Part shown: positions 35,065 to 50,000 of the stretch, one piece after another | How positions within the stretch are numbered: position 1 is the stretch's first letter | How the letters are laid out: every line of letters begins with the position of its first letter | DNA from: the human T2T-CHM13v2.0 reference genome, Homo sapiens | NCBI RefSeq assembly: GCF_009914755.1 | Contig: NC_060938.1 | Length of the DNA: 64,000 nt | Strand: one strand, 5' to 3' | The notes under the pieces: generated by a model | Seen by the model: the letters and a program-made list of their open reading frames with translations, nothing else | Told to the model about the DNA's origin: nothing | Database searches by the model: none | Made by a program: the position numbers and the translations under genes

Positions 35065-38000
35065 GACTCAACGCGAGTGAAATGAAATGGAATGTAATGC
35101 AATGAAACTGAATGGAATCAACCTGAGTGGAATGGAATGGAATGGAATGGCATGGAATCAACACGAGCGGAAAGGAATGGAATGGAAAGGAGTGGAATGG
35201 AATGTAATGGAATGGAATGTAATGGAATGGAATGGAATCAACACGAATGGAATGTAACGGAATGGAATGGGATGGGATGGAATGGAATGGAATGGAAGTT
35301 AATCAACACGAATGGAATGGAACGGAATGTAATGTAATGTAACGTAATGGAATGGAATGGAATGGAATGAAATGAAAAGGAACGGAATGGAATCAACACG
35401 AGTGGAATGGAATGGAACGGAATGGAATAAACCCGAGTGGAATGAAATGGAATGTAATGCAATGGGATGGAGCGGAATCAACCCGAGTGGAATGGAATGG
35501 AATGGAATGCAGTGGAATGAAATGGAATGTAATGCAATGGGATGGAGCGGAATCAACCCGAGTGGAATGGAATGGAATGGAATGCAATGGAATGGAATGG
35601 AATGGAGTGGAATGTAGTGGAATTTAGTGGAATGGAATGGAATGGAATGGAATGGAACGGAATCAACCCGAGTGGCATGAAATGGAATGTACTGCAATGG
35701 GATGGAGTGGAATCAACCCGAGTGGAATGGAATGGAATGGAATTGGATGAAATGGAATGGAATGCAATGAAATGGAATGGATCGGAATGGAATCCAATGG
35801 AATCAACTGTAATGGAATGGAAAGGAATGGAATGGAATAAATCCGGGTGGAGTGGAATGGAATGTAATGGAGTGGAAAGGAATGGAATTTAGTGGAATGG
35901 AATGGAGTGGAATGTAATGGAATGGAATGGAAGGAAATGGATTGGATCGTAATGGAATCCAAAGGAATCAACTGGAATGGAATGGAATGGAATGGAATAA
36001 ATCCTGGTGGAGTGGAAAGGAATGTAATGGAGTGGAATGGAATGGAATATAGTGGAATGGAATGGAATGGAATGGAATGGAAAGGAATGGAAAGGAATGG
36101 AATGGAATGGAATCAACCCGAATGGAATGGAACGGAATGGAATGGAAAGGAATGGAATGGCATGGAATGGAATGGAATGGAATGGAATCAACCCAAGTGC
36201 AATGGGATGGAATGGAATGCAATGGAATCCACCCGAGTGGAATGGAATGGAATGGAATGGAATGGAATGGAATGGAATGGAGTGGAATGGAATAAACACC
36301 AGGGGAATGAAAGGGATTGGAATGAAATGGAATGGAATGGAATGGAATGGAATGGAATGAAATCAACCCGAGTGGAATGGAACGGAATGGAATGGAATGG
36401 AAAGGAATGAATGGAATGGAATGGTGTGGAATCAACACGAGAGGAATGGAATGGAATGGAATGGAACGGAACGGAATGGAAAGGAATGGAATAGAATGAA
36501 CCCGAATGGAATGGAATGGACTGGAATGGAATGGAATGGAATCAACCCGAGCGGAAAGGAATGGAATGGAATGGAGTGGAATGGAATGTAATGGAATGGA
36601 ATGGAATGGAATGGACTCAACACGAATGGAATGGAATGGAATGGAATGGGATGGAATGGAACGGAATGGAAGTTAATCAACACGAATGGAATGGAACGGA
36701 ATGGAATGGAATGGAATGGAATGGAATGAACCCGAATGGAATGGAATGGATTGGAATGGAACGGAATGGAATCAACCCGAGCAGAAAGGAATGGAATGGA
36801 ATGGAGTGGAATGGAATGGAATGGAATAGATTGGATTGGAACGGAATGGAATCAACCCGAACGGAAAGGAATGGAATGGAATGGAGTGGAATGGAATGTA
36901 ATGGAATGGAATGGAACGGAATGGAATGGGATGGGATGGAATGGATTGGAATGGAAGTTAATCAACACGAATGGAATGGAACGGAATGGAATGGAATGGA
37001 ATGGAATGAACCCGAATGGAATGGAATGGATTTGAATGGAATGGAATGGAAGTTAATCAACACGAATGGAATGGAAAGGAATGGAATGGAATGGAACGGA
37101 ACGGAACGGAATGGAATGGAATGGAACGGAATGGATCGGAATGGAATCCAATGGAATCAACTGGAATGGAATGGAATGGAATGGAATGGAATAAATCCGG
37201 GTGGAGTGGAATGGAATGTAATGGAGTGGAATGGAATGGAATTTAGTGGAATGGCATGGAAAGGAATGGAATGGAATGGAATGGAATGGAATGGAATGGA
37301 ATGGAATCAACCCGAATGGGATGGAATGGAATGGAATTGAATGGAATGCAATGGAATGGAACGGAATGGAATGGAATCAACCAAAGTGCAATGGAATGGA
37401 ATGGAATGGAATGGAATACACCCGAGTGGAATGGAATGGAATGGAATGGAATGGAATGGAATGGAATGGAGTGGAATGGAACGGAATGGAGTGGAATGGA
37501 ATAAACACCAGGGGAATGAAATGGATTGGAATGAAATGGATTGGAATGGAATGGAATGGAATGAAATCAACCCGAGTGGAATGGAACGGAATGGAATGGA
37601 ATGGAAAGGAATGAATGGAATGGAATGGTGTGGAATCAACACGAGAGGAATGGAATGGAATGGAATGGAACGGAACGGAATGGAATCAACACGAGTGGAA
37701 TGGAATGGAACGGAATGGAATCAACCCGAGTGGAATGAAATAGAATGTAATGCAATGGGATGGAGTGGAATGGAATGGAATGGAATGGAATGGCATCAAC
37801 ACGAATGGGATGGCATGGAATGGAATTGAATGGAATGGAATGGAATGGAATGGAATGGAATGGAATGGAATCAACCATAGTGCAATGGAATGGAATGGAA
37901 CGGAATGGAATCAACACGAGTGGAATGAAATGGAATGTAATGCAATGGGATGGAGTGGAATCAACCCGAGCGGAATGGAATGGAATGCAGTGGAAAGGAA

Positions 38001-41000
38001 TGAAATGGAATGGATTGGAATGGAATCCAATGGAATCAACTGGAATGGAATGGTATGGAAGGGAATGGAATGGAATGGAATGGAATGGAATAAATCCGGG
38101 TGGAGTGGAATGGAATGTAATGGAGTGGAATATAATGGAATTTATTGAAATGGAATGGAATGGAATGGAATGGAACGGAATGGAATGGAATGAAATGGAT
38201 TGGATCGGAATGGAATCCAATGGAATCAACTGGAATGGAATGGAATGGAATGGAATAAATCCGTGTGGAGTGGAATGGAATGTAATGGAGTGGAATGGAA
38301 TGGAATGGAATGGAATGGAATGGAAAGGAATCAACCCGAATGGAATTGAACGGAATGGAATGGAAAGGAATGGAATGGAATGGAACGGAATGGAATCAAC
38401 CCGAATGGGATGGCATGGAATGGAATGGAATGGAATGGAATGGAATGGAATGGAATGGAATCAACCCAAGTGCAATGGATGGAATGGAATGCAATGGAAT
38501 CCACCCGAGTGGAATGGAATGGAATGGACTGGAATGGAATGGAATGCAATGGAATTCAATGGAGTGGAATGGAACGGAATAGAGTGGAATTGAATAAACA
38601 CCAGGGGAATGAAATGGATTGCAGTGAAATGGAATGGAATGGAATGGAATGGAATGAAATCAACCCGAATGCAACGGATTGGAATGGAATGGAAAGGAAT
38701 GAATGGAATGGAATGGTGAGGAATCAACACGAGAGGAATGGAATGGAATGGAACGGAACGGAATAGAAAGAAATGGAATGGAATGAACCCGAATGGAATG
38801 GAATGGATTGGAATGGAATGGAATGGAATCAACCCGAGCGGAAAGGAATGGAATGCAATGGAGTGGAATGGAATGTAATGTAATGGAATGGAATGGAATG
38901 GAATCATCACGAATCGAATGGAACGGAGTGGAATGGGATGGAATGGAATGGAATGGAAATTAATCAACCCGAATGGAATGGAATGGAAAGGAATGGAATG
39001 AAATGGAATGGAATGGTATGGAATGGAATGGAATTGAATGGAATGGAATGAAATGGAAAGGAACGGAATGGAATCAACAGGAGTGGAATGGAATGGAAAG
39101 GAATGGAATCAACCTGAGTGGAATGAAATGGAATGTAATGCAATGGGATGGAGTGGAATCAACCCGAGTGCAATGGAATGGAATGGAATGGAATGGAATG
39201 GAATGGAATGAAATGAAATGGAATGGATTGGAATGGAATCCAATGGAATCAACTGGAATGGAATGGAATGGAATGGAATGGAATGGAATGGAATGGAATG
39301 GATTCAATCCGGGTGGAGTGGAATGGAATGTAATGGAGTGGAATGTAATGGAATTTAGTGGAAGGGAATGGAATGGAATGGAATGAAATGGATTGGAACC
39401 GAATGAAATCCAATGGAATCAACTGGAATGGAATGGAATGGAATGGAATGAAATGGAAAGGAACGGAATGGAATCAACACGAGTGGAATGGGATGGAACG
39501 GAATGGAATCAACCCGAGTGGAATGGAATGGAATGGAATGGAAAGGAATGGAATGGAATAGAATGGAATGGAATGGAATGGAATGGAATGGAATGGAATC
39601 AACCCGAATGGAATGGCATGGAATGGCATTCAATGGAATACAATGGAATGGAATGGAATGGAATGGAATGGAATGGAATCAACCCAAGTGCAATGGAATG
39701 GAATGGAATGCAATGGAATCCACCCGAGTGTAATGGAATGGAATGGAATGGAATGGAATGGAATGGAATGGAATGGAGTGGAATGGAACGGAATGGAGTG
39801 GAATGCAATAAACACCAGGGGAATGAAATGGATTGGAATGAAGTGGAATGGAATGGAATGGAATGAAATCAACCCGAGAGGAATGGAACGGAATGGAATG
39901 GAATGGAAAGGAATGAATGGAATGGAATGGTGTGGAATCAACACGAGGGGAATGGAATGGAATGGAACGGAACGGAACAGAATGGAAAGGAATGGAATGG
40001 AATGAACCCGAATGGAATGGAATGGATTGGAATGGAATGGAATGGAATCAACCCGAGCGGAAAGGAATGGAATGGAATGGAGTGGAATGTAATGGAATGG
40101 AATGGAATGGAATGGAATGGAATCAACACAAATGGAATGGAATGGAATGGAATGGGATAGGATGGAATGGTATGGAATGGAAGTTAATCAACACGAATGG
40201 AATGGAACGGAATGGAATGGAATGGAATGGAAAGGAATGGAATGGAATGGAATGGAATTAAATGGAAAGGAAAGGAATGGAATCAACACGAGTGGATTGG
40301 AAAGGAATGGAATGGAATCAACAACAGTGGAATGAACTGGAATGTAATGCAATGGGATGGAGTGGAATCAACACGAGTGGAATGGAATGGAATGGAATGG
40401 AATGGAAAGGAATGGAATGGAATGAAATGGAATGGATTGGAGTGGAATCCAATGGAATCAACTGGAATGGAATGGAATGGAATGGAATGGAATGCAATGG
40501 AATGGAATAAATCTGCGTGGAGTGGAATGGAGTGAAACGGAGTGGAATGTAATGGAATTTAGTGGAATGGAATGGAATGAAATGGAATGGAATGAAATGG
40601 ATTGGATCGGAATGGAACCCAATGGAATCAACTGGAATGGAATGGAACGGAATTGAATGGAATAAATCCGGGTGGAGTGGAATGGAATGTAATGGAGTGG
40701 AATGGAATGGAATTTAGTGCAATGGAATGGAATGGAATGGAATGAAATGGATTGGATCGGAATGGAATCCAATGGAATCAACTGGAATGGAATGGAATGG
40801 AATAAATCCGGGTGGAGTGGAATGGAATGTAATGGAGTGGAAAGGAATGGAATTTAATGGAATGGAATGGAAAGGAATGGAATGAAATGGAATGGAATGG
40901 AATCAACACGAATGGGATGGCATGGAATGAAATTGAATGGAATGGAATGGAATGGAATGGAATCAACACGAATGGAATGGAACGGAATGGAAAGCAATGG

Positions 41001-44000
41001 AATGGAATGGAATGGAAAGGAATGGAATGGAATGGAAGGGAATCAACCCGAATGGGATGGCATGGAATGGAATTGAATGGAATGGAATGGAATGGAATGG
41101 AATGGAATGGAATGGAATGGAATCCACCCAAGTGCAATGGAATGGAATGGAATGCAATGGAATCCACCCGAGTGGAATGGAATGGAATGGAACGGAGTGG
41201 AATGGAATGGAATGGAGTGGAATGGAACGGAATGGAGTGGAATGGAATAAACACCAGGGAATGAAATGGATTGGAATGAAATGGAATGGAATGGAATGAA
41301 ATCAACCAGAGTGGAATGCAACAGAATGGAATTGAATGGAAAGGAATGAATGGAATGGAATGGGGTGGAATCAACACGAGAGGAATGGAATGGAATGGAA
41401 TGGAAAGGAACGGAATGGAAAGCAATGGAAAGGAGTGAACCCGAATGGAATGGAATGGATCGGAATGGAATGGAATGGAATCAACCCGAGCGGAAAGGAA
41501 TGGAATGCAATGGAGTGGAATGAAATGTAATGGAATGGAATGGAATGGAATAGAATCAACAGGAATGGAATGGAATGGAATGGAATTGGATGGGATGGAA
41601 TGGAATGGAATGGAAGTTAATCAACACGAATGGAATGGATCGGAATGTAATCGAATGGAATGGAATGGAATGGAATGAAATGGAAAGGAACGGAATAGAA
41701 TCAACACGAGTGGAATGGAATGGAACGGAATGGAATCAACCCGAGTGGAAAGAAATGGAATGTAATGCAATGGGATGGAGTGGAATCAACCCGAGTGGAA
41801 TGGAAAGGAATGGAATGGAATGGAATGGAATGGAATGGAATGGATTGGAATGGAATCCAATGGAATCAACTGGAATGGAATGGAATGGAATGGAATGGAA
41901 TGGAATGGAATGGAATAAATCCGGGTGGAGTGGAATGGAATGTAATGGAGTGGAATATAATGGAATTTAGTGGAATGGAATGGAATGGATTGGAATGGAA
42001 TGAAATGGATTGGATCGGAATGGAAGGCAATGGAATCAACTGGAATGGAATGGAATGGAATGGAATGGAATAAATCCGGGTTGAGTGGAATGGAATGTAA
42101 TGGAGTAGAATGTAATGGAATTTAGTGGAATGGAATGGAATGGAATGGAATGGAAAGGAATCAACCCGAATGGAATGGAAAAGAATCGAATGGAAATAAA
42201 TGGAATGGAATGGAAATAAATTGAATGGAATGGAATGGAATCAACCCAAGTGCAATGGAATGGAATGGAATGCAATGGAGCCACCCGAGTGGAATTGAAT
42301 GGAATGGAATGGAATGGAATAAATCCGGGTGGAGTGGAATGGAATGGAATGGAGTGGAATGTAATGGAATTTAGTGGAATGGAATGGAATGGAATGGAAT
42401 GGAGTGGAATATAATGGAATTTAGTGGAATGGAATGGAATGGAATGGAATGAAATGGATTGGAATGGAATGGAATGGAATCAACCAGAATGGAATGGAAC
42501 GGAATGGAATGGAATGGAATGGAATGGAATGGAATGGAATGGAATCAACACGAATGACGTGGCATAGAATGGAATGGAATGGAATGGAATGGAATGGAAT
42601 GGAATGGAATGGAATCAACCCGAATGGAATGGAACGAAATGGAAGGGAAATGAATGGAATGGAATGGAATGGAATTGAATGGAATGGAATCAACCCGAGC
42701 GGAAAGGAATGGAATGGAATGGAGTGGAATGGAATGGAATGCAATGGAATGGAATGGAATGGAATGGAATCAACACGAATGGAATGGAACGGAATGGAAT
42801 GGGATGGGAAGGAATGGAATGGAATGCAAGTTAATCAAGACGAATGGAATGGAACGGAATGGAATGGAATGAAAAGGAAAGGAAAAGCATTGCATCAACA
42901 TGAGTGGGATGGAATGGAACGGAATGGAATCAACCAGAGTGGAATGAAATGGAATGTAATGCAGTGGGATGGAGTGGAATCACCCCGAGTGGAATGGAAT
43001 GGAATGAAATGGAATGGATCGGAATGGAATCCAATGGAATCAACTGGAATGGAATGGAATGGAATGGAATGGAATGGAATGGAATGGAATAAATCCGGGT
43101 GGAGTGGAATGGAATGTAATGGAGTGGAATGTAATGGAATTTAGTGGAATGGAATGGAATGGAGTGGAATGAAATGGAATGGAATGGAATGGAATCAACC
43201 CGAATGGAATGGAACGGAATGGAATGGAATGGAATGGAATGGAATGGAATGGAATGGAATGGAATCAACACGAATGACATGGCATAGAATGGAATGGAAT
43301 TGAATGGAATGGAAAGGAATGGAATCAACCCGAATGGAATGGAACGAAATGGAATGGAAATGAATGGAATGGAATGGAATGGAATTGAATGGAATGGAAT
43401 CAACCCGAATGGCATGGCATGGAATGGCATGGAATGGAATGGAATGGAATGGAATGGAATGGTATCAACACAAGTGCAATGGAATGGAATGGAATGCAAT
43501 GGAATCCACCCGAGTTGAATGGAATGGAATGGAATGGAATGGAATGGAGTGGAATGGAACGGAATGGAGTGGAATGGAATAAACACCAGGGGAATGAAAT
43601 GGATTGGAATGAAATGGAATGGAATGGAGTGGAATGGAATGAAATCAACCCGAGTGGAATGGAACGGAATGGAATAGAATGGAAAGGAATGAATGGAATT
43701 GAATTGTGTGGAATCAACACGAGAGGAATGGAATGGAATGGAATGGAACGGAACGGAATGGAAAGGAATGGAATGGAATGAACCCGAATGGAATGGAATG
43801 GATTGGAATGGAATGGAATGGAATCAACCCGAGCGGAAAGGAATGGAATGGAATGGAGTGGAATGGAATGCAATGGAATGGAATGGAATGGAATCAACAC
43901 GAATGGAATGGAACGGAATGGAATGGGATGGGATGGAATGGAATGGAATGTAAGTTAATCAACACGAATGGAATGGAACGGAATGGAATGGAATGAAAAG

Positions 44001-47000
44001 GAAAGGAACAGAATGGCATCAACACGAATGGAATGGAATGGAACGGAAAGGAATCAACCCGAGTGGAATGAAATGGAATGTAATGCAATGGGATGGAGGG
44101 GAATCACCCCGAGTGGAATGGAATGGAATGGAACGGAATGAAATGGAATGGATCGGAATGGAATCCAATGGAATCAACTGGAATGGAATGGAATGGAATG
44201 GAATGGAATGGAATGGAATAAATCCGGGTGGAGTGGAATGGAATGTAATGGATTGGAATGAAATGGAATTTAGTGGAATGGAATGGAATGGAATGGAATG
44301 GAATGGAATGAAATGGATTGGATCACAATGGAATACAATGGAATCAACTGGAATGGAATGGAATGGAATGGAATGGAATAAATCCGGTTGGAGTGGAATG
44401 GAATGTAATGGAGTGGAATGGATTGGAATTTAGTGGAATGGAATGGAATGGAATGGAATGGATTTAATTGGAATGGAATCCATTGGAATCAACTGGAATG
44501 GAATGGAATGGAATGCAATGGAATGTAATGGAATTTAATGGAATGGAATGGAATGGAATGGAATGAAATGGATTGGATAGGAATGGAATCCAATGGAATC
44601 AACTGGAATGGAATGGAATGGAATGGAATGCAATGGAATGGAATAAATCCGGGTGGAGTGGAATGGAATGTAATGGAGTGGAATGCAATGGAATTTAGTG
44701 GAATGGAATGGAATGGAATGGAATGGAAAGGAATGGAATGGAATGGAATGGAATCAACCCGAATGGAATGGAACGGAATGGAATGGAATGGAATGGAATG
44801 GAATGGAATGGAATGGAATGGAATCAACACGAATGACACGGCATAGAATGGAATGGAATGGAATGGAATGGAATGGAATGGAATGGAATGGAATGGATTG
44901 GAATGGAATCAACCCGAATGGAATGGAACGAAATGGAATGGAAATGAATGGAATGGAATGGAATGGAATGGAATAGAATGGAATCAACCCGAATGGGATG
45001 GCATGGAATGGAATTGAATGGAATGGAATGGAATGGAATGGAATGGAATGGAATCAACCCAAGTGCAATGGAATGGAATGGAATACAATGGAATCCACCC
45101 GAGTAGAATGGAATGGAACGGAATGGAATGGAATGGAATACAATGGAATCCACCCAAGTAGAATGGAATGGAACGGAATGGAATGGAATGGAATGGAGTG
45201 GAATGAAACGGAATGGAGTGGAATGGAATAAACACCAGGGGAATGAAATGGATTGGAATGAAATGGAATGGAATGGAGTGGAATGGAATGAAATCAACCC
45301 GAGTGGAATGGAACGGAATGGAATAGAACGGAAAGGAATGAATGGAATGGAATGCTGTGGAATCAACACGAGAGGAACGGAATGGAATAGAATGGAACGG
45401 AAAGGAATGGAAAGGAATGGAATGGATTGAACCCGAATGGAATGGAATGGATTGGAATGCAATGGAATGGAATCAACCCGAGCGGAAAGGAATGGAATGG
45501 AATGGAGTGGAATGGAATGGAATGGAATGTAATGGAATGGAATGGAATCAACACGAATGGAATGGAACGGAATGGAATGGGATGGGATGGAATGGAATGG
45601 AATGGAAGTTAATCAACACGAATGGAATGGAACGGAATGGAATGGAATGGAATGGAATGGAATGGAATGGAATGGAATGGAATGAAGTGGAATGGATCGG
45701 AATGGAATCCAATGGAATCAACTGGAATGGAATGGATTGGAATGGAATGGAATGGAATGGAATGGAATGGAATGGAATAGAATAAATCCAGGTGGAGTGG
45801 AATGGAATGTAATGGAGTGGAATGGAATGGAATTTAGTGGAATGGAATGGAATGGAATGGAATGGAATCAACCCGAATGGAATGGTACAGAATGGAATGG
45901 AAAGGAATGGAATGGAATGGAATGGAATGGAATGGAATCCACCCGAGTTGAATGGAATGGAATGGAATGGAATGGAATGCAATGGAATGGAATGGAGTGG
46001 AATGGAACGGAATGGAATGCAATGAAATCAACCCGAGTGGAATGGAACGGAATGGAATGGAATGGAAAGGAATGAATGGAATGGAATGGTGTGGAATCAA
46101 CACGAGAGGAATGGAACAGAATGGAATGGAAAGGAACGGAATGGAAAGGAATGGAATGGAATGAACCCGAATGGAATGGAATGGATTGGAATGGAATGGA
46201 ATGGAATCAACCCGAGCGGGAAGGAATGGAATGGAATGCAGTGGAATGCAATGGAATGGAAAGGAATCAACAGGAATGCAATGGAACGGAATGGGATGGG
46301 ATGGGATGGAATGGAATGGAATGGAAGTTAATCAACACGAATGGAAAGGAACGGAATGGAATGTAATGGAATGGAATGGAATGGAATGGAATGAACCCGA
46401 ATGGAATGGAATGGATTGGAATGGAATTGAAAGGAATGGAATGGAATGGAATGGAGTGGAATGCAATGTAATGTAATGTAATGGAATGGAATGGAATGGA
46501 ATCAACATGAATGGAATGGAACGGAATGGAATTGGATGGGATCAATGGAATTGAATGGAAGTTAATCAACATGAATGGAATGGAACCGAATGGAATGGAA
46601 TGGAATGGAATGGAATAAACCCAAATGGAATGGAGTGGATTGGAATGGAATGGAATGGAATCAACCCGAGTGGAAAGGAATGGAATGGAATGGAGTGGAA
46701 TGGAATGTAAAGGAATGGAATGGAATGGAATGGAATCAACACGAATGGAATGGAACGGAATGGAATGCGATGGGATGAAATGGAATGGAATGGAAGTTAA
46801 TCAACACGAATGGAACGGAACCGAATGGAATGGAATGGAATGGACTAGAATGGAATGGAATGGAATGGAATGAAATGTAAAGGAACGGAATGGAATCAAC
46901 ACAAGTGGAATGGAATGGAACGGAATGGAATCAACCCGAGTGGAATGAAATGGAATGTAATGCAATGGGAAGGAATGGAATCAACCCGAGTGGAATGGAA

Positions 47001-50000
47001 TGGAATGGAATGGAATGGAATGGAATGGAATGGAATGGAATCAACCCAAGTGCAATGCAATGGAATGGAATGCAATGGAATCCACCCGAGTGGAATGGAA
47101 TGGAATGGAATGGAATGGAATGGAATGGAATGGAATGGAGTGGAATGGAATGGAATGGAGTGGAATGGAACGGAATGGAGTGGAATGGAATAAACACCAG
47201 GGGAATGAAATGGATTGGAATGAAATAGAATGGAATGGAATGGAATAGAATGAAATCAAACAGATTGGAATGGAACGGCATGGAATGGAATGGAAGGGAA
47301 TGAATGGAATGGAATGGTGTGGAATCAACACGAGAGGAATGGAATGGAACGGAATGGAATGGAACGGAATGGAAAGAAATGGAATGAAATGAACCCGAAA
47401 GGAATGGAATGGATTGGGATGGAATAGAATGGAATCAACCCGAGCGGAAAGGAATGGAATGGAATGGAGTGGAATGTAATGGAATGGAATGGAATTGAAA
47501 GCAATGGAATCAACACGAATGGAATGGAAGGGAATGGGATGGGATGGGATGGGATGGAATGTGATGGAATGGAAGTTAATCAACACGAATGGAATGGAAC
47601 GGAATGGAATGGATTGGAATGGAATGGAATGGAATGGAATGAAATGGAAAGGAATGGAATGGAATCAACATGAGTGGAATGCAATGGAACGGAATGGAAT
47701 CAACCCGAGTGGAATGAAATGGAATGCAATGCAATGGGATGGAGTGGAAACAACCCAAGTGGAACGGAATGGAATGGAATGGAATGGAATGAAATGGAAT
47801 GGATCGGAATGGAATCCAATGGAATCAACTGGAATGCAATGGAATGGAATGGAATGGAATAAATCCGGGTGGAGTGGAATGGAATGTAATGGAGTGGAAT
47901 GGAATGGAATTTAGTGGAATGGAATGGAAAGGAATGGAATGGAATGGAATGGAATGGAATGGAATGGAATGGAATGGAATCAACCCGAATGGGATGGAAT
48001 GGAATGGAATTGAATGGAATGCAATGGAATGGAACGGAATGGAATGGAATCAACCAAAGTGCAATGGAATGGAATGGAATGGAATGGAATACACCCGAGT
48101 GGAATGGAATGGAATGGAATGGAATGGAATGGAATGGAATGGAGTGGAATGGAACGGAATGGAGTGGAATGGAATAAACACCAGGGGAATGAAATGGATT
48201 GGAATGAAATGGATTGGAATGGAATGGAATGGAATGAAATCACCCCGAGTGGAATGGAACGGAATGGAATGGAATGGAAAGGAATGAATGGAATGGAATG
48301 GTGTGGAATCAACACGAGAGGAATGGAATGGAATGGAATGGAACGGAACGGAATGGAATCAACACGAGTGGAATGGAATGGAACGGAATGGAATCAACCC
48401 GAGTGGAATGAAATAGAATGTAATGCAATGGGATGGAGTGGAATCAAGCCGAGTGGAATGGAATGGAATGGAATGGAACGAAATGGCATGGATCGGAACC
48501 AAATCCAATGGAATCATCTGGAATGGAATGGAATGTAAAGGAATGGAATGGAATGGAATAAATCCGGGTGGAGTGGAATGGAATGTAATGGAGTGGAATA
48601 TAATGGAATTTAGTGGAATGGAATGGAATGGAATGGTGTGGAATAGAATGAAATGGATTGGATCGGAATGGAATCTAATGGAATCAACTGGAATGGAATG
48701 GAATGGAATTAAATGGAATGAAATAAATCCGGGTGGAGTGGAATGGAATGTAATGGAATGGAATGGAATGGATTTTACTGGAATGGAATGGAATGGAATG
48801 GAATGGAATGGAATGGAATGGAATGAAATGGAATCAACCCGAATGGAATGGAACGGAATGGAATGGAAAGGAGTGGAATGGAATGGAATGGAATGGAATG
48901 GCATCAACACGAATGGGATGGCATGGAATGGAATTGAATGGAATGGAATGGAATGGAATGGAATGGAATGGAATGGAATGGAATCAACCATAGTGCAATG
49001 GAATGGAATGGAACGGAATGGAATCAACACGAGTGGAATGAAATGGAACGGAATGGAAAGGAATGGAATGGAATGGAATGGAATGGAATGGAATGAAATA
49101 AATCCGGGTGGAGTGGAATGGAATGTAATGGAATGGAATGGAATGGATTTTACTGGAATGGAATAGAATGGAATGGAATGGAATGGAATGGAATGGAATG
49201 AAATGGAATCAACCCGAATGGAATGGAACGGAATGGAATGGAAAGGAGTGGAATGGAATGGAATGGAATGGAATGGCATCAACACGAATGGGATGGCATG
49301 GAATGGAATTGAATGGAATGGAATGGAATGGAATGGAATGGAATCAACCATAGTGCAATGGAATGGAATGGAACGGAATGGAATCAACACGAGTGGAATG
49401 AAATGGAACGGAATGGAAAGGAATGGAATGGAATGGAATGGAATGGAATGGAATGGAATGAAATCAACCCGATTGGAATGGAACGGAATGGATTGGAATG
49501 GAAAGGATTGAAGCGAATGGTATGGTGTGGAATCAACACGAGAGGAATGGAATGGAATGGAATGGAACGGAATGGAATGGAAAGGAATGGAATGGAATGG
49601 AATGGTGAGGAAACAACACGAGAGGAATGGAATGGAATGGAACGGAAAGGAATGGAAAGAAATGGAATGGAATGAACCCGAATGGAATGGAATGGATTGG
49701 AATGGAATGGAATGGAATCAACGCGAGCGGAAAGGAATGGAATGCAATGGAGTGGAATGGAATGTAATGTAATGGAATGGAATGGAATGGAATCATCACG
49801 AATGGAATGGAACGGAATGGAATGGGATGAGATGGAATGTATTGGAATGGAAGTTAATCAACACGAATGGAATGGAATGGAAAGGAATGGAATGAAATGG
49901 AATGGAATGGAATGGAATGAAATGGAAAGGAACGGATTGGAATCAACAGGAGTGGAATGGAATGGAACGGAATGGAATCAACACGAGTGGAATGAAATGG

